From the NCBI GenBank assembly GCA_036172245.1, contig JAYWIR010000021.1:372001-436000 (forward strand): 64,000 nt of DNA. The letters are read 5' to 3'. A model generated the notes under the pieces. That model did no database searches and was not told where the DNA came from. It worked only from the letters and a program-made list of their open reading frames with translations. The translations under genes were made by a program, and so were the position numbers. The stretch's first letter is position 1, and every line of letters starts with the position of its first letter. The DNA comes from Raillietiella orientalis. Taxonomy: Eukaryota. Positions 25,671-37,243 of the stretch are shown here, in pieces.

Positions 25671-28519
25671 GTTAGTGAGTGACGCCCTAGAGACCACCCT
25701 ATGAATCCAGGAAGACTCCGGAGGAAGGAGTCCGTTTTTCTCTCACGCTTGGGAGCAACCTCGAAGGGAAAGCCTTTCTTCCTTATTCTCTCCGGTGTGT
25801 GGGTACCGCTCTCTGTTTCCTCCTCCTCTGAAGAGGACCCCGAAGGGATGCCTCCGAATTTTCTCAGAGGGTTGGGGCTCCCCGAAGGGAGCAGCGCGCT
25901 TCTTCTTGACACTCTGGAGAGGCGCCAGTCCACTGCCTTCATGGTGTGCGGTGGAGGGGGCGGCCACATTTTCGCAACTGGGGAAGAGGGAAACCCCAAA
26001 AAGCTCCTTGATTTCCGGAAGGATCCCTGAGGGTCCGCTTCCAGGTTCCATCACTTAACGGGGTATCCGGGGATTTCCTGCTGCTTCCACCAGTGCCGCG
26101 CCCGGAACCAACAGAAGCCAACCAGCGTCATCCTGCGGGGGAAACTCAAAACCCTCGACGCACCCATTTCCCGGCGTCGATCCTTTCCCGGGCGCGATTC
26201 GAACCAGCCACGCCAGTTGCCGCGCACGAAAGCCGCCGCAGCTGGTAGCGGATGCCCCGTTGATTGACTGACAGGAAGCTGATCCTTCGATCGCCACGCG
26301 GACAGATTCCTTCGCAGATCGAAGAGTGCTGCACCTGCGCTTCCGATGAAGACGTCGAGTAGAAGACCCGGGCACCTGGCGCTTTGTCCGACCAGCCTCA
26401 AGGAGTTGCCGGACGGACAAGTCCCAGAAATCGTGTCTGGACGCCCGAGGATTCGTTTCCCGCTGATCTCGCGACCCGAGTTCGTGCTACCTCCCTAGTG
26501 ATGGTCCATCCGGCGATCACTCTCGCTTTCACCGTGTCAATTTCCTCTGGTGCCATCCTCGATTGAACAGATCCTCAGGTGGTCAGGAGGAGATGAGGAA
26601 CGGGAGTGGCGCGCGTGCGCGAGCGTGGGAGGACATGCCTCTTCATTCTGCGTGAATGGGCGGAGGAGCGAGAGTGAAGCTGACTCCCAGGGACTGCTGA
26701 CCCTTTGCACGCCCCCGCATGCGAGTAGCTCGCGAACGAACGGGATGGGCGCAGCTGCTGGCGCCGGCGAAGTGGCCCTCGCCGGACAGAGGAGGAGAGG
26801 CGCTTTTTTTTTCCTTTTTTTTTTTTTTTTAGGGACGCTTTTCGTGAAGGCAACCCGTTCGTCTCCTGACCAAAGTCTGGGAGTGCAGCTCTCCCGGAAT
26901 CGAAAGTTGGGAAGGAGGAGGCAGCTCCTGGGTAAACGGTAGCATAGAGCACGCCGTCTCGCCAAGGAGGGGAAAACCCGAGTCGTTGGCCAGGAGAGAT
27001 CCTCTGCGGACCCAGAGCGCTCCAGAAAGTGCTGCCACCTGGTCCGGGGAGAGTCTGCGCCGCCCTTCCGCGCAGCTTCGGTGCTCTGCCGCAGAAGAAG
27101 CCGCCCCCGTCTGTGTAACCGGCACGCATCGCTGATCCATGGGAAGTCGCACGGGGGTGCCGGAAGGTTCGGTTGAATGAATGCTTAAAGTTGAGCGACA
27201 GAAGGAGGAATGCTCTTAGGCGCTCCTGAAGGAACCCTGGGATAGATCGATAACAGATCATCTGACCCTGGCGACACATTCCGAAAGAGGCTCGGGGACG
27301 TTCCAGCCGCTCCGGCCACGAGAGCCAAGTCTTTTGGGTCTTCTCGGTCGTGTGATCCCCACGGGACGCGGCGCGTAACGGGATGACGTCAGGGAAGCGA
27401 CACACGGCTGGAAGAAGCTCGAGGCGACGGTCCCCAGTGGAGAGGGAAAAGCAGAGCGCGCAGGTGGGGGCTGATGATGGCGAATGGGGAAGAGGGGGGA
27501 GGGAGAAGGCTGCTGTCCCTTGCCTGCACCGAGAGAGAGAAGAGAGAGGAAACGATGCGGCCCGCCTGAGTGTGCTCTTCCCGGGCGCACGGAATCCCAA
27601 CGTCCCACTGGGCCAGAGAAAAAGGCGTGCAGGAAAAGCTGATCTGCAGGAACGCTCACGCGCAGGTGGTCTCTCAGGTGGAAGGTGACCTCGAGAGGAA
27701 CGCTCGAGGCAGAGTGCGCCTCTCTGCGCACTTTCGGAGGTCGTCGCATTTCCGCGCGTAGGGCAGGTGGCTCGGAATGGGGGCTTGATCTCATCGGACA
27801 GCGCTCGCGCCGACAGGCGTCACTGCAGGAAACGCCCACGCGCCCCGCCGGTCGCTTGCAACCCGCCTCGGTGCCTTCGCATGAGGGAGCTGCTCGCCCG
27901 ACAGTGACAGGTTCCAACGCCTGCCTGCCGCCGGAGGTGACCCGACTTCCGGGTCGGAGCCCGGAAGTCTCCTCTTCACAGCAGGACTGGTCCTTCCGAC
28001 CCAGGTCGAGTGGCAGCTGGCCCCCATCAGGTCATCCGTCCTCTCCCGGGAAGGGAGAGCTGCGTCACCTGAGCAGCCGCGACCCGCCACGCTCATCAAA
28101 CGGATTGCAGGTTACCTTCCGAGGCACGGAGCGGACCCAGTGGATGCCGGGCCCAGCCATGAATGCCACCCTGCTCCCACATCTCGTTCAGGCCGCAAGA
28201 AGAGGAGGGAGGCCACGGCCGGTCCCAGAGGTCTTGCTCCCTGTGACCTTGACGGGGGTCCCAAAGATGGAGCCGCTGCGGTCGACCTGCGAAAGACTTA
28301 CGACTGCGTTGATCAGGAGCGCCCTCGTGGGCTTCCCGGAAAGGCCCATCCCTTCCCACGTCCATCCCCATCTCCCCAGTGACCTGCCCTCTGGGGTCAG
28401 TACGCGACAGGGAGAGGCGACTGTGCTCCTCGGCCTGTTCCTCGAGCGCACACCGGCACGTGCCGGACGCCGACTCCGGCGGCAGCACCCGCACTCAAGT
28501 CGTCCCTCGAGCCCCCCTG

Positions 28520-28521
<2 letters not shown>

Positions 28522-28604
<83 letters not shown>
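28522..28604. repeat. Compound (CA)n(TA)n microsatellite
   Basis: About 20 CA units followed by about 18 TA units, directly visible. Confidence 0.98.
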
Positions 28605-28605
28605 G

Positions 28606-29044
28606 GGAATCGCCTGACTGCAGTCCATACCGTGGTGTCTGGCTCGTGACCATGGGGACGGTGACATGGCATCGACCTTTGGGAATCCCCGAGAAAACGT
28701 CCCTTGCTCGCCCAGAAGCATCTTTCGGTGGAGAATCCCCTCTATAGAGAGCAAAGTCGCCCTGGTTGTCCCTCCGGAGACAACCAGGGCGAGTGTTCCC
28801 TCACAAGCGTAAGAGGAGCATAAACTCCTTCATCCTCGGAGCTTTCCTGGATTCAGCCTGAAGAGCTGTACGCTCCCTAGGGTGACGTGGAGCAGCTCCA
28901 AGGAGCTTCATGAGCCGTCGGGTGAACGGCGCTCTCCGAGCGCTCAGTACCTACCAAAAAATAAAAAGGAATCCGAAAAAGGAAAAAAAGAGCTGGAAGG
29001 AAAGCAGCGAAGACAAAAAAGAACCCCAAAGGATTTCCATCATC
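28606..29044 (-). repeat. Family 5'-terminal fragment in opposite orientation inside the 25.7-30.1 kb element
   Basis: Reverse complement starts gatgatggaaatcctttgggg, then a T-rich tract and gaatccaggaaagctccg, as at 39400(-) and 53000(+). Confidence 0.8.
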
Positions 29045-31299
29045 TGGGAGGAGGCATCGACGCTCGCTGGATGAGATCGTCCGCGACCCGCAGAAGATGC
29101 AGTGAGCCTCGTCCACCCCTCTTGCCCTAGTGCTGCCATCCCTAAGGGACGCAAGACACAGCTTGATCTCGGCAAGGTGGCAGGTGAAGAAGAGATTTCT
29201 CGGGGCGTGGACAACTCGGGAGGTCACGGATGCTGCGACCCCGAGTGTTCCATCCCAAGAACTCCTACACTGGGAGAGCCGCTTGGCATCCCTCCGGAGG
29301 AGGTGGAGTGGCCCCAGCGTGCTGAAACAGCCGCACCCTCCCCTTCAGATGGTGTGAGTTGGCCTTGCTGGTGTTGCATGGGGGAGATCCTGTGCAAAGC
29401 TGGACGCCCAGAGTGGGACAGATACGGGAAGGAGATCCTCCCGCAGCTGCTGTTGAACTGTGCTGCCCTACGAACCCTTTAAGATCGCCTCGGAATCCCT
29501 CTTGGATCGCTCTTGGAATCCTCAATTGCAGTTATTCAAAAAATCGGTCGGTTCGCAAACATTTGGAGGGAGAAGGGGTTTAGAGAACACAATGAGTCTC
29601 CAGCCTGCAGTTGCGAACTGGCGGCGGACACTGGGACATTTTCAGACGCCTCTTCTGCCGCCAGCCGCGTCCTTTGCAGTTCCCTGCTGTATCCGCGGGA
29701 TCACGGCGGTCTGGAACGCCAGAAGGGGCCAAAATGGCAGGGACGCCATCCGTTGAATGCAAATCTTCCTGAAGACTTGAAGATCTCGAGATCTGTCTGT
29801 GTCTCGCACAGGTGGAGCCTGTGCGAGACACAGACAAAACTTGCCAGCACCCAGAACGGGGTGCAGAGGATGCCTGGCAGCGTACAGTGATCCCTTCCCC
29901 GGTCCCTCACCCCCTCCACGGTGTAAAATCTCTCCTCCCATGATGTGGTGTGTTTATTTATTTTATTTTTTTCCCCCTCTCATCACTCTGCCGAGGCGGA
30001 CCTCGCCTATCTGCAAACCGCTCTTCGGAAGGTTCATTGCACCAATGTATTTTTATTGCTTTATGTGATAAGTGTCCCGGCATATCCGGATTATAATCAT
30101 CTGGGTGGATGCTGGGGCCACGGAAAGGTCCACGGAAAGGTCCACCGAGTCATCGGCAGGAGAAGGCAGGTCGTCCTGTATTCGGTTCGACAAGCAGGTC
30201 CTCGTCGAACCGGGAGTCGCGCCTATCGTGTTACGGAAAGACCTTTCTCGGGAGGACATCAATGGGAAGGACACATTGCAAGAGCATTCAGAGCCTCAAC
30301 AACAGTAGGGCTTCGAAACCCGCAACCCTCTCTAGCCGCATGGGGTGCTACACCGGGATCTTATGCACCTCTTGGAGTAGCGCCAGATCAAAGGGACGGT
30401 GACCAGATCAAAAACTCGCTAAGGCACCTGAAAAACGCTTCCATGTTTCTTTCCGGTAGTTTCCCGTTTGTTACGAAGAGAAAGGCAGTGCCATGGCAAC
30501 GCTGGAGGGACGAAGCAGAGAGTGGTTGGGTATGGAGCACCGATAAGAGTCTTCTGCTTCTCCCCAGGAGACAAAGTTCCAGCATTCGCTCCGTGAGTCT
30601 GCGAACCTGCGATGGTCCTTCCTCCCATCGTCTTCTCTATGCCAAGATGGCTCAGATTTGTGAGCTCCAAGAGTTAAGAATGGAAAAGAAGGAAACCTAG
30701 GAAAATGCAGGTTTCCACGGAGATTCTCAAGAACATCCAGCAGTGAGCGGAGCCCACTGTTGCCCCGGAAAGTCGGCAGAGCAGCAACAGTCCAAGAGAT
30801 CTTCCGTAACAGACTCCAAGTAGAGGGAGCAAATAGCAAACAGAGCAAGGAAAGCCGAACGAATCATCATGGATGCGTCTAAGAGAACAGCAATGGTGGC
30901 CGGGACCCATGGCTGACAGCGAGGGAACTGAGAATCCAAGATGCGATCTTTCAATTGGGATTTCGGGATTTTCTCATCCAGGATTTTTTTTTCCAGATTT
31001 CTTCCCAGCGATTAAGAAAAAGAAACCGTCGCCAATTGCAGGAAGGAAATCGCTGTCTTCGCGGTTGTTGTTGCTCTAGCAGAGTCCGTTGCCGTCTCTT
31101 TGCGCTCGCTCACAGTGAGCTTTCCGCTGTGAAACCAGTGATGCTCAGACGAAACAGAGAAGGCATGCTGGATAGGATCCTGGGTCTGACGCCCATCTGA
31201 GACAGATCGATCCTTGTAAATAATAGGATCAAGAAGCTGTTTAGGAAACGCCAGACGGAGACGCAAACGGATGCTTCCATCGCGGCCTCTCTAAGGAAT

Positions 31300-32140
31300 G
31301 CTTCGACTTCCTCAATCCTCCAGTTGGAGCCAGCCGCTCCAGCTTCGCTGTCACACCTCCAGCATCCTCGTCCTTGGAGCCTTCCTGGACAACCCTGCAT
31401 GCTGTAGCTGCGAAGGGAATTCAGTCCTCATGGGTGTAGAGTCGGGGAGTTCGCCTTTGGCTGCATTCTGGGGGGTTCGTCGGGCAAAGCGACAGCGTGC
31501 GAGGCGTCTGGAGAAGAGGACATCCGGCGCCCCGCCGTGTGCAGGCTCAGCGCACACCCGAACAAAGAAGATCCCAAAATGTCCCGCGGCGATGTCGCCT
31601 TCCATCGCGACGTGAGGCACGAATTCATCTCCAGCGTCCCTCGCTCCGCGGCAGGCACTCCCGAACCCGGAAACATCCCGGTCAGGGGACAGCCGCGTGC
31701 CGTGCGGCGGCCTCCTGCCTCATCCACGCGCCTTCTTCCGACCACGGGTGGGAAATGCTCAACGCGGCCTGCAGCAAGGGTGGGCGTGCACCGGGGTGCG
31801 TGATGGCGAGGGGCGACGCGGCAGGGTGCGCCCCCTCTAGCCGCCCCGTCGCCGGGAAGCAGCAGTGGCGATGCGGCGGATTGAGTCCACGCGGCGAGAG
31901 TGGTCGATCCTGTTCGACGCTGCAACCGCTTCCGGCGCTTCTCGGCAAGAATCGTCTCGCCTCCCGGAAAAGCGCCCTCCACGTGGGAAGGGAGGGGATA
32001 AGGAAGGCCTTCCGGCACGTTTGCGGGTCTCCGCGAGGCGCGCACGGCCGAGAGGTCCGGGACGCCACCGTCCACGTGGAGCAGACTGGTGGAATCCTCA
32101 GCAGCACTGGGCGCTACAGCTGGCGATCCCCTCTGCCTTC
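31300..32140 (+). pseudogene. Linker and RT N-terminal relic of a LINE
   Basis: EMLNAACSKGG..P...KQQWR pattern (RT domains 0-2); ggcgatgtcgccttc shared with 9957-9971. Confidence 0.4.
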
Positions 32141-32149
32141 GGCCTCGGC

Positions 32150-34400
32150 TTGACACCCGGTTGTTCCGGAGAGTTTCTTTATAGAAAATGAACTTACAAG
32201 TCGGATCGCTCCAGGCAGGACACTTGGTGCTGCCACGTCACCAATGTAACCAATGGGCACCTGTTGAGAACGGCTCGCAGGCCGGCGAGGTTCGCCTCGG
32301 CAGCAGAGGGGAGGGAGGGAGCAAACAAAAATAAAAATGAAACAAAAAATAAATACAAGAAATTTGGTGGGTTCGGAAAGGGATCACCCGGTGCTAGGGG
32401 GAGTCCTCTGCATCCCTGCTGCGATGTCGGCAAGTTCCTGTTTCAGGTTTTCCAGATGGGGCCATCTTGATGCTATCGTCATGAAAAGGACTGCAAAGTA
32501 AATGGAGTCTCTGTGGTCCTGGAGTCCTCTAGCGTTGCTTCATGAAGTCACGATCCTGCACAGGCAGCAGAGTGCTGCTAGGGATGCGACCGGCGTGAGG
32601 GTGTCATGCAGGAAGAGGCGCTTTCAAACGTCTCTGGGGTTTCCTTCGGGGATCCGCAAAGACGCGTTCCCACAGGGGACGGAGGGCAACACAATCCGTG
32701 AGCAGGTACAGAAGAGACTCTTTCTCCGCAACTGCTGCGATTTGGACTTTCACTTCCCCGGGTCCAGTGGTGTCGACGGGCTTTGCACAGGAGGTCCCAG
32801 TGCAACAGCAGAGTCACCAACTCCTGCCACTTTAGCGGAAGGGTTGCACTGTTCCAGCAGGCTGGAGGCCACTTCATCTCCTCTGGAGGGACTTGCAGCA
32901 GCTCTCCCCAGAGTAGAAGTCCTTTGGGTGGGGCACACCGGGTGGGAACAGCTCTTCCGCCTCGTCCGAAGGCGCAGCGGAAGAGCTGTCCCAATCCGGA
33001 GCGCGCTCCCGGAGACGGCGCCTCGCCTGATTCCACGGGCGCGCCGTTTGCGCGAGGTCGCCTGGAACACTTCCTCGACGACCGCCTGTGCAGGTCGGAT
33101 GACCACACGCGCGCGGTTTTTTGTGACCCTACGGCGCCATACGGCTGGAACGGAAGTCTCGCTGCTCTGGTCCTCTCCAGGAAGTCTTTTTTGTTGTTGT
33201 TTCTTCTCCTCGTCCTGTTCTCTTGGGCCGAGGAGTTCTTCCGTTGGTCCGAGGAAGCCGCAGCCTACAGTGTGCCTCAACCACAGTCGCCTCATCCCTG
33301 CCATGCCATCTGGAATAAGAGGGCAGCCGTCGTCTCTTCGTCTGCTCGATGCACTGAAAGGAAGATCCACCAACGCCTTGCGGCGGTGGGATCGCAAGAA
33401 GTGGCAGTCGGAGCGGTACCGAGCGTGGCGGCGCAGCTCACCCTCTACGCAACGCGGTCATCATCACTGGTCCTCGGCTGCTCAGCTTCCACGTTTTCAC
33501 ACGCGGAATTTGCGTGGTGATTCGTGACCCAAGATGGGAATTCTTCTCTCTCGGCTGATGGGGGGCTTTGCGCGGATCCCAGCCAGAAGGGCGTGCGGGC
33601 GTCTTTCCGTCTGGCCGCGTGCTGGAAGGCACCCCCGCCCGCGCAGTCAGACCGGGAGGGAAGTGGAAATTCCCCCTGGAGCTTTCTCCATTTGGCCAGC
33701 GGAGCGTGTGCGCGAGTGCTTCGATCCTCCTCAGTCACGGCGCAAGAGGGGGGATGCGTCCTCGCCTCCTCAAAAACCCCTGGCGCGCCCACGAACCTTC
33801 GACGGCCGAGGGCGACCGCCGCTCCGGGCAGAGCGCCACCGTCGCGTTCCTCGAATGCACGCGCGCACTTCGCCAAGCCTCCACCGCCGCTGCCGCCGCC
33901 GCCGTCGCGCTGCGTGAGCGGCCAGTGGGAGGTCGGACGCCTTCGACGGAGATCGCGCCGCGGCCGACCCCGCACAGGCGCCGCTCCTCCCGTCTCCGCG
34001 CGCGATTCCCCGGTGGCGCTCGCTCGCCCCCCCGGAGCAGCGAGACGAAAACTCCTGCGCCTCGGGAGGCGCGGCGGCTCTCACAGCACCTGCCGGGATG
34101 TCCCGGAAACGCACTGCAGCGATGGGGAACGGAACGACGGTCCTGGCTCGGGCTTCCGGGAACCCTGCTGGCGGAGGAGCGAACTGCGTTCCCCCGAGAG
34201 CACCTGCTGGAACCCGTTCCTCCAGCAGGTCGGTAATGGGAAGTTGGGCAGGCGTGGCACGCGTCCCTGCGGAGGAAACGGTGAAGCACAGCTGAGGACC
34301 GCGTTGCGTGTGCCTGCGCAGAGGGCGGGTGAGCTGCGCCGCCTTGCTCGGCACCCACCGCTCCGAATGCCACTTCTTGAGACTCTGCAGTCGCAGGACG
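32150..34400 (-). mobile_element. Internally deleted family copy: APE relic joined to post-RT/zinc/3' UTR, RT core missing
   Basis: TWKLSS (~33490) is followed within ~150 nt by the RRRDDG post-RT segment; ATLPLKWQELVTLLLHWDL; family 3' UTR; stem-loop at 32157-32169. Confidence 0.75.
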
Positions 34401-34464
34401 TTGGTTCGGTGCGTTGAGCAGACGAAAAGACGAGGCATTCCGTGCTATTCTTTTGCCTCCCGCA

Positions 34465-36260
34465 TGCGCCTCGCCAAGCTCGATGAAGGGCGGTCCTTAT
34501 GGTCGTTGCAGCGCCATCTTTCCGACTCCAGCAGAACCCGATGTTCCCGTTCGACAAGCGGAATGCAGGGATGGGGGCCGTCCTCAAAACGAGTGGTACG
34601 AAGGAAGACTTCGTACCGATGGACCGTGTCGAAGAACCGCGTGCCTCTGCGGAGAGCATCAACAAGCGGCTGCTGAGGGGGAGAAAGCTCTGCCGAATTC
34701 TGTGACGTCTCGTCAGCATGCGAATTGTGGATCATTACATACACACATTACCACGTTTGTGTTATTCATTGTTCTAAGCTGTTATTATACCTCTCTCTCG
34801 GGCAATCAGCCCGCGGAACGGTCTCTTTCTCTTCTCTCTCCCTTTTTTTTCTTTGTGGAGGCGCTGGCATCTCTAGAAAAAAAAAAACATTCAGGTAGTT
34901 TATGGTGAAGGGCAACGAAGAATTTTGAAAACCAGAAGAAGACCTCAGCTGCTCTAGAAACACAAGCCGTGCCCCGCACACTCGTTCTCCTGAGTGCCGT
35001 TCTCACGGATGTGTCTCCGCTCAGGACGAAAAAGACACACTCCAAACGCGCGCTCGCGTCCCCGGGCGAGATGGACGAGGTCGCTGTGCAGAGAAAACAA
35101 CGCGCAGGCGCAGCGGAGAGGACGCGAGCGGGGTGGAGATGACGGTAACTGACCAGATCATCAAGGAGATCATCGCAGTGGACCACGGGCTGATCGTGGA
35201 GCTGGAACCCGATCGCGGGCAGTCGAGACAACGAGTCCGTCGTTCCGGCTGCGCCGTCTCGTTGCCGTGGGCAAATACGGGGTCCCCTTCGAGAACAGGT
35301 CCAGGAACCGCCCGCTGCGGATTCGGTCCGCTCCGCACTGCGTCGCTCAAGAACGGTGCCGGCTACCGAACCGTCCGAGGTCCTCTTCATCATCGATCGA
35401 TCGAACGCTCGCCTCTTTCGAGAGGACGGGAACCTGGAGATGGACACACAGTTGTTGGACCCGGCGCGTTCGCCGAAGCCCAGCATCCGTGCTCGTGGTT
35501 GACTGAATCTTTAAGCGCTTTCCGCGCTGAAGTCAATATCCTCCTCCTCCTCGTTCATTCGGGAGAGGAAGAAGACAGCAACAAAAAAAAAAACTGCCAT
35601 AAATCTGCAAGCGAACTGACACCAAGTCTTCGAAGAATGACAGCTCGCAGAGCTGAGTGGTCTCAGTCCTCGTGGCAATCAAAGGCTTCGTGGATAAATT
35701 CATGAGCACGAGACAATGTCTCGGAAGCATCGAGATCCTTGTCCACTGATTGATGAGAAGGCATCACGACATCGCTTATCCTTCGCGCGGCTGAGCATCC
35801 CTTCTGCCCCGATTGGTGACGCGTTCGTTGCTGTGAAGCACTGGATCTTGGCGGGCAGGCATTGAGAACCACTCTGCTCTGTGTCAGCTCCAATCTCCAT
35901 GATGTCTCCAGCTGCTCTCCAGGCCTGAAGGAAAGATTCCCATCGGTATGAAGTCTTCGTCTCGCCTCACCGTTTTGAGGACGGCTCCCGTCCCTGCACG
36001 ATCCCGCTTGTCGAACGAGACCTTCGGGTTCTGCTGGAGTCAGGAAGATGCCGCTGGAGCGACAATAAGGACCGCCGTTGATCGTCGCTTCCGTCTTTTT
36101 TTTTTTCTTCCTACCTGCGGGCTGTTCGATCAGGCTCTTGGCCACCTTCGCCCTCTGCTTGGCCGAGCTCGGTGAACGGCGGTCCTTATCGCAGTGCCAT
36201 CTTTCCGGCGCCAGCAGAACCCGGTGGGCTCGCTCGACAAGCGGGATGCAGGGACGTGGG
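34465..36260. repeat. Three copies of an unclassified ~100-160 bp repeat: 34465-34625(+), 35940-36080(-), 36160-36260(+)
   Basis: Shared ggcggtccttat...ccagcagaacccg...tcgacaagcgg...tgcaggga core. Confidence 0.9.
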
Positions 36261-36329
36261 GTGTTGTCGCACCGACAGGAACGTTCCTTCCGGTTCTCGC
36301 GGACCCCCCACAGGGATGAAGAGCAGCAT

Positions 36330-36720
36330 CCACCCCGTCTTGTGCAAAATCACGCGCGTTGTGCATTCCTGCATCCTACCACACTCCATTCGGAACGTGT
36401 TCCCGAGATTTTCCGGAGACCACGAACGCAGGAAGGTGTACCTGGAGGGAAAGTACACGACGCAGCGTACGCCAACTCGGTACCGTCCCATTTCGCACGA
36501 GCTGGCAAAGCACGGTTGCCTTGGCACACGGGTAAAAGAACCTCGAGAACATCTTTCTGTTGGCGATTCAGCCGGCGCTTCGAGAGACCCAAGACGTGCC
36601 TCGGTAAGATGCAGCACATTAACAGTTCTTTGTGGCGCGGAAGACTTTCGTGCATTCCCCCGCAGACCCCAAGTGCTTGAGACGATCAGGCAGGGAGAAA
36701 AAGTGTGATTCTTCTTTCGG
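36330..36720 (+). pseudogene. Non-LTR RT N-terminal fragment
   Basis: KVYLEGK...TRYRPISHELAK in ORF 36172..36708. Confidence 0.5.
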
Positions 36721-36956
36721 CGAAGAGCTCCAGACGCTTGCATGGACTTGGAGTAGGGGAAAAGGATGCGAGAAGCATCCTTCGCGGGATCGAAATCCGC
36801 AAACCCGAAAAGGGGAAAAACACCTCGGATTTCCCTCTTCCTTTCTTCTTAGAAACGAAAGACGTCGAGACTGAGGAATCGATCTGCTTGTAGGAAAAAC
36901 ATGCAGAAAAACGAATTGCTCTTCTCCAAATGGGAAAAAAAAAAAATGCATTGGCG

Positions 36957-36978
36957 TATATATATATATATATATATA
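36957..36978. repeat. (TA)11 microsatellite
   Basis: Directly visible. Confidence 0.95.
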
Positions 36979-37243
36979 TTTCCCCCTCCCTCCCTTTGGA
37001 TTCCCGCACGTGCCTTCCACACTCTCGAGAATGCAGCAGCAGAAGAATGGCGCCATTGGAGCAGGGTGGGATCGAACCCGGTCCGGTTCGCCGGGGAGGC
37101 GCGCGGGGGAAACTTCGGGAAAGAGCATCGGATCGATCGTCGCCGTGGCAGCCATTGTTGCGAGTTGCGGAATGAGACGCGCCTCCACGGGCGTCCCCCC
37201 CTTCCGGTTCACGAAAATTCTCTCTTTGAAAAGGCCCCAAAAA

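Larger units (their letters stand above)
25680..30095 (+). mobile_element. Long degenerate copy of the dominant LINE (5' module, APE relic, RT N-half, zinc region, 3' end), internally interrupted
   Basis: 5' module 25680-26200; APE relics 26600-27400; VDLRKTYDCVDQE (~28281) and STRQGE (~28400); C-terminal region 29200-29890 homologous to 60800-61403; 3' stem-loop 30077-30089. Confidence 0.8.

Noticed and set aside
35660..35730. HExxH metalloprotease motif (AHEFIHEAFD, minus strand)
   Set aside because: A stop follows within a few codons and no supporting motifs or exon structure were found.
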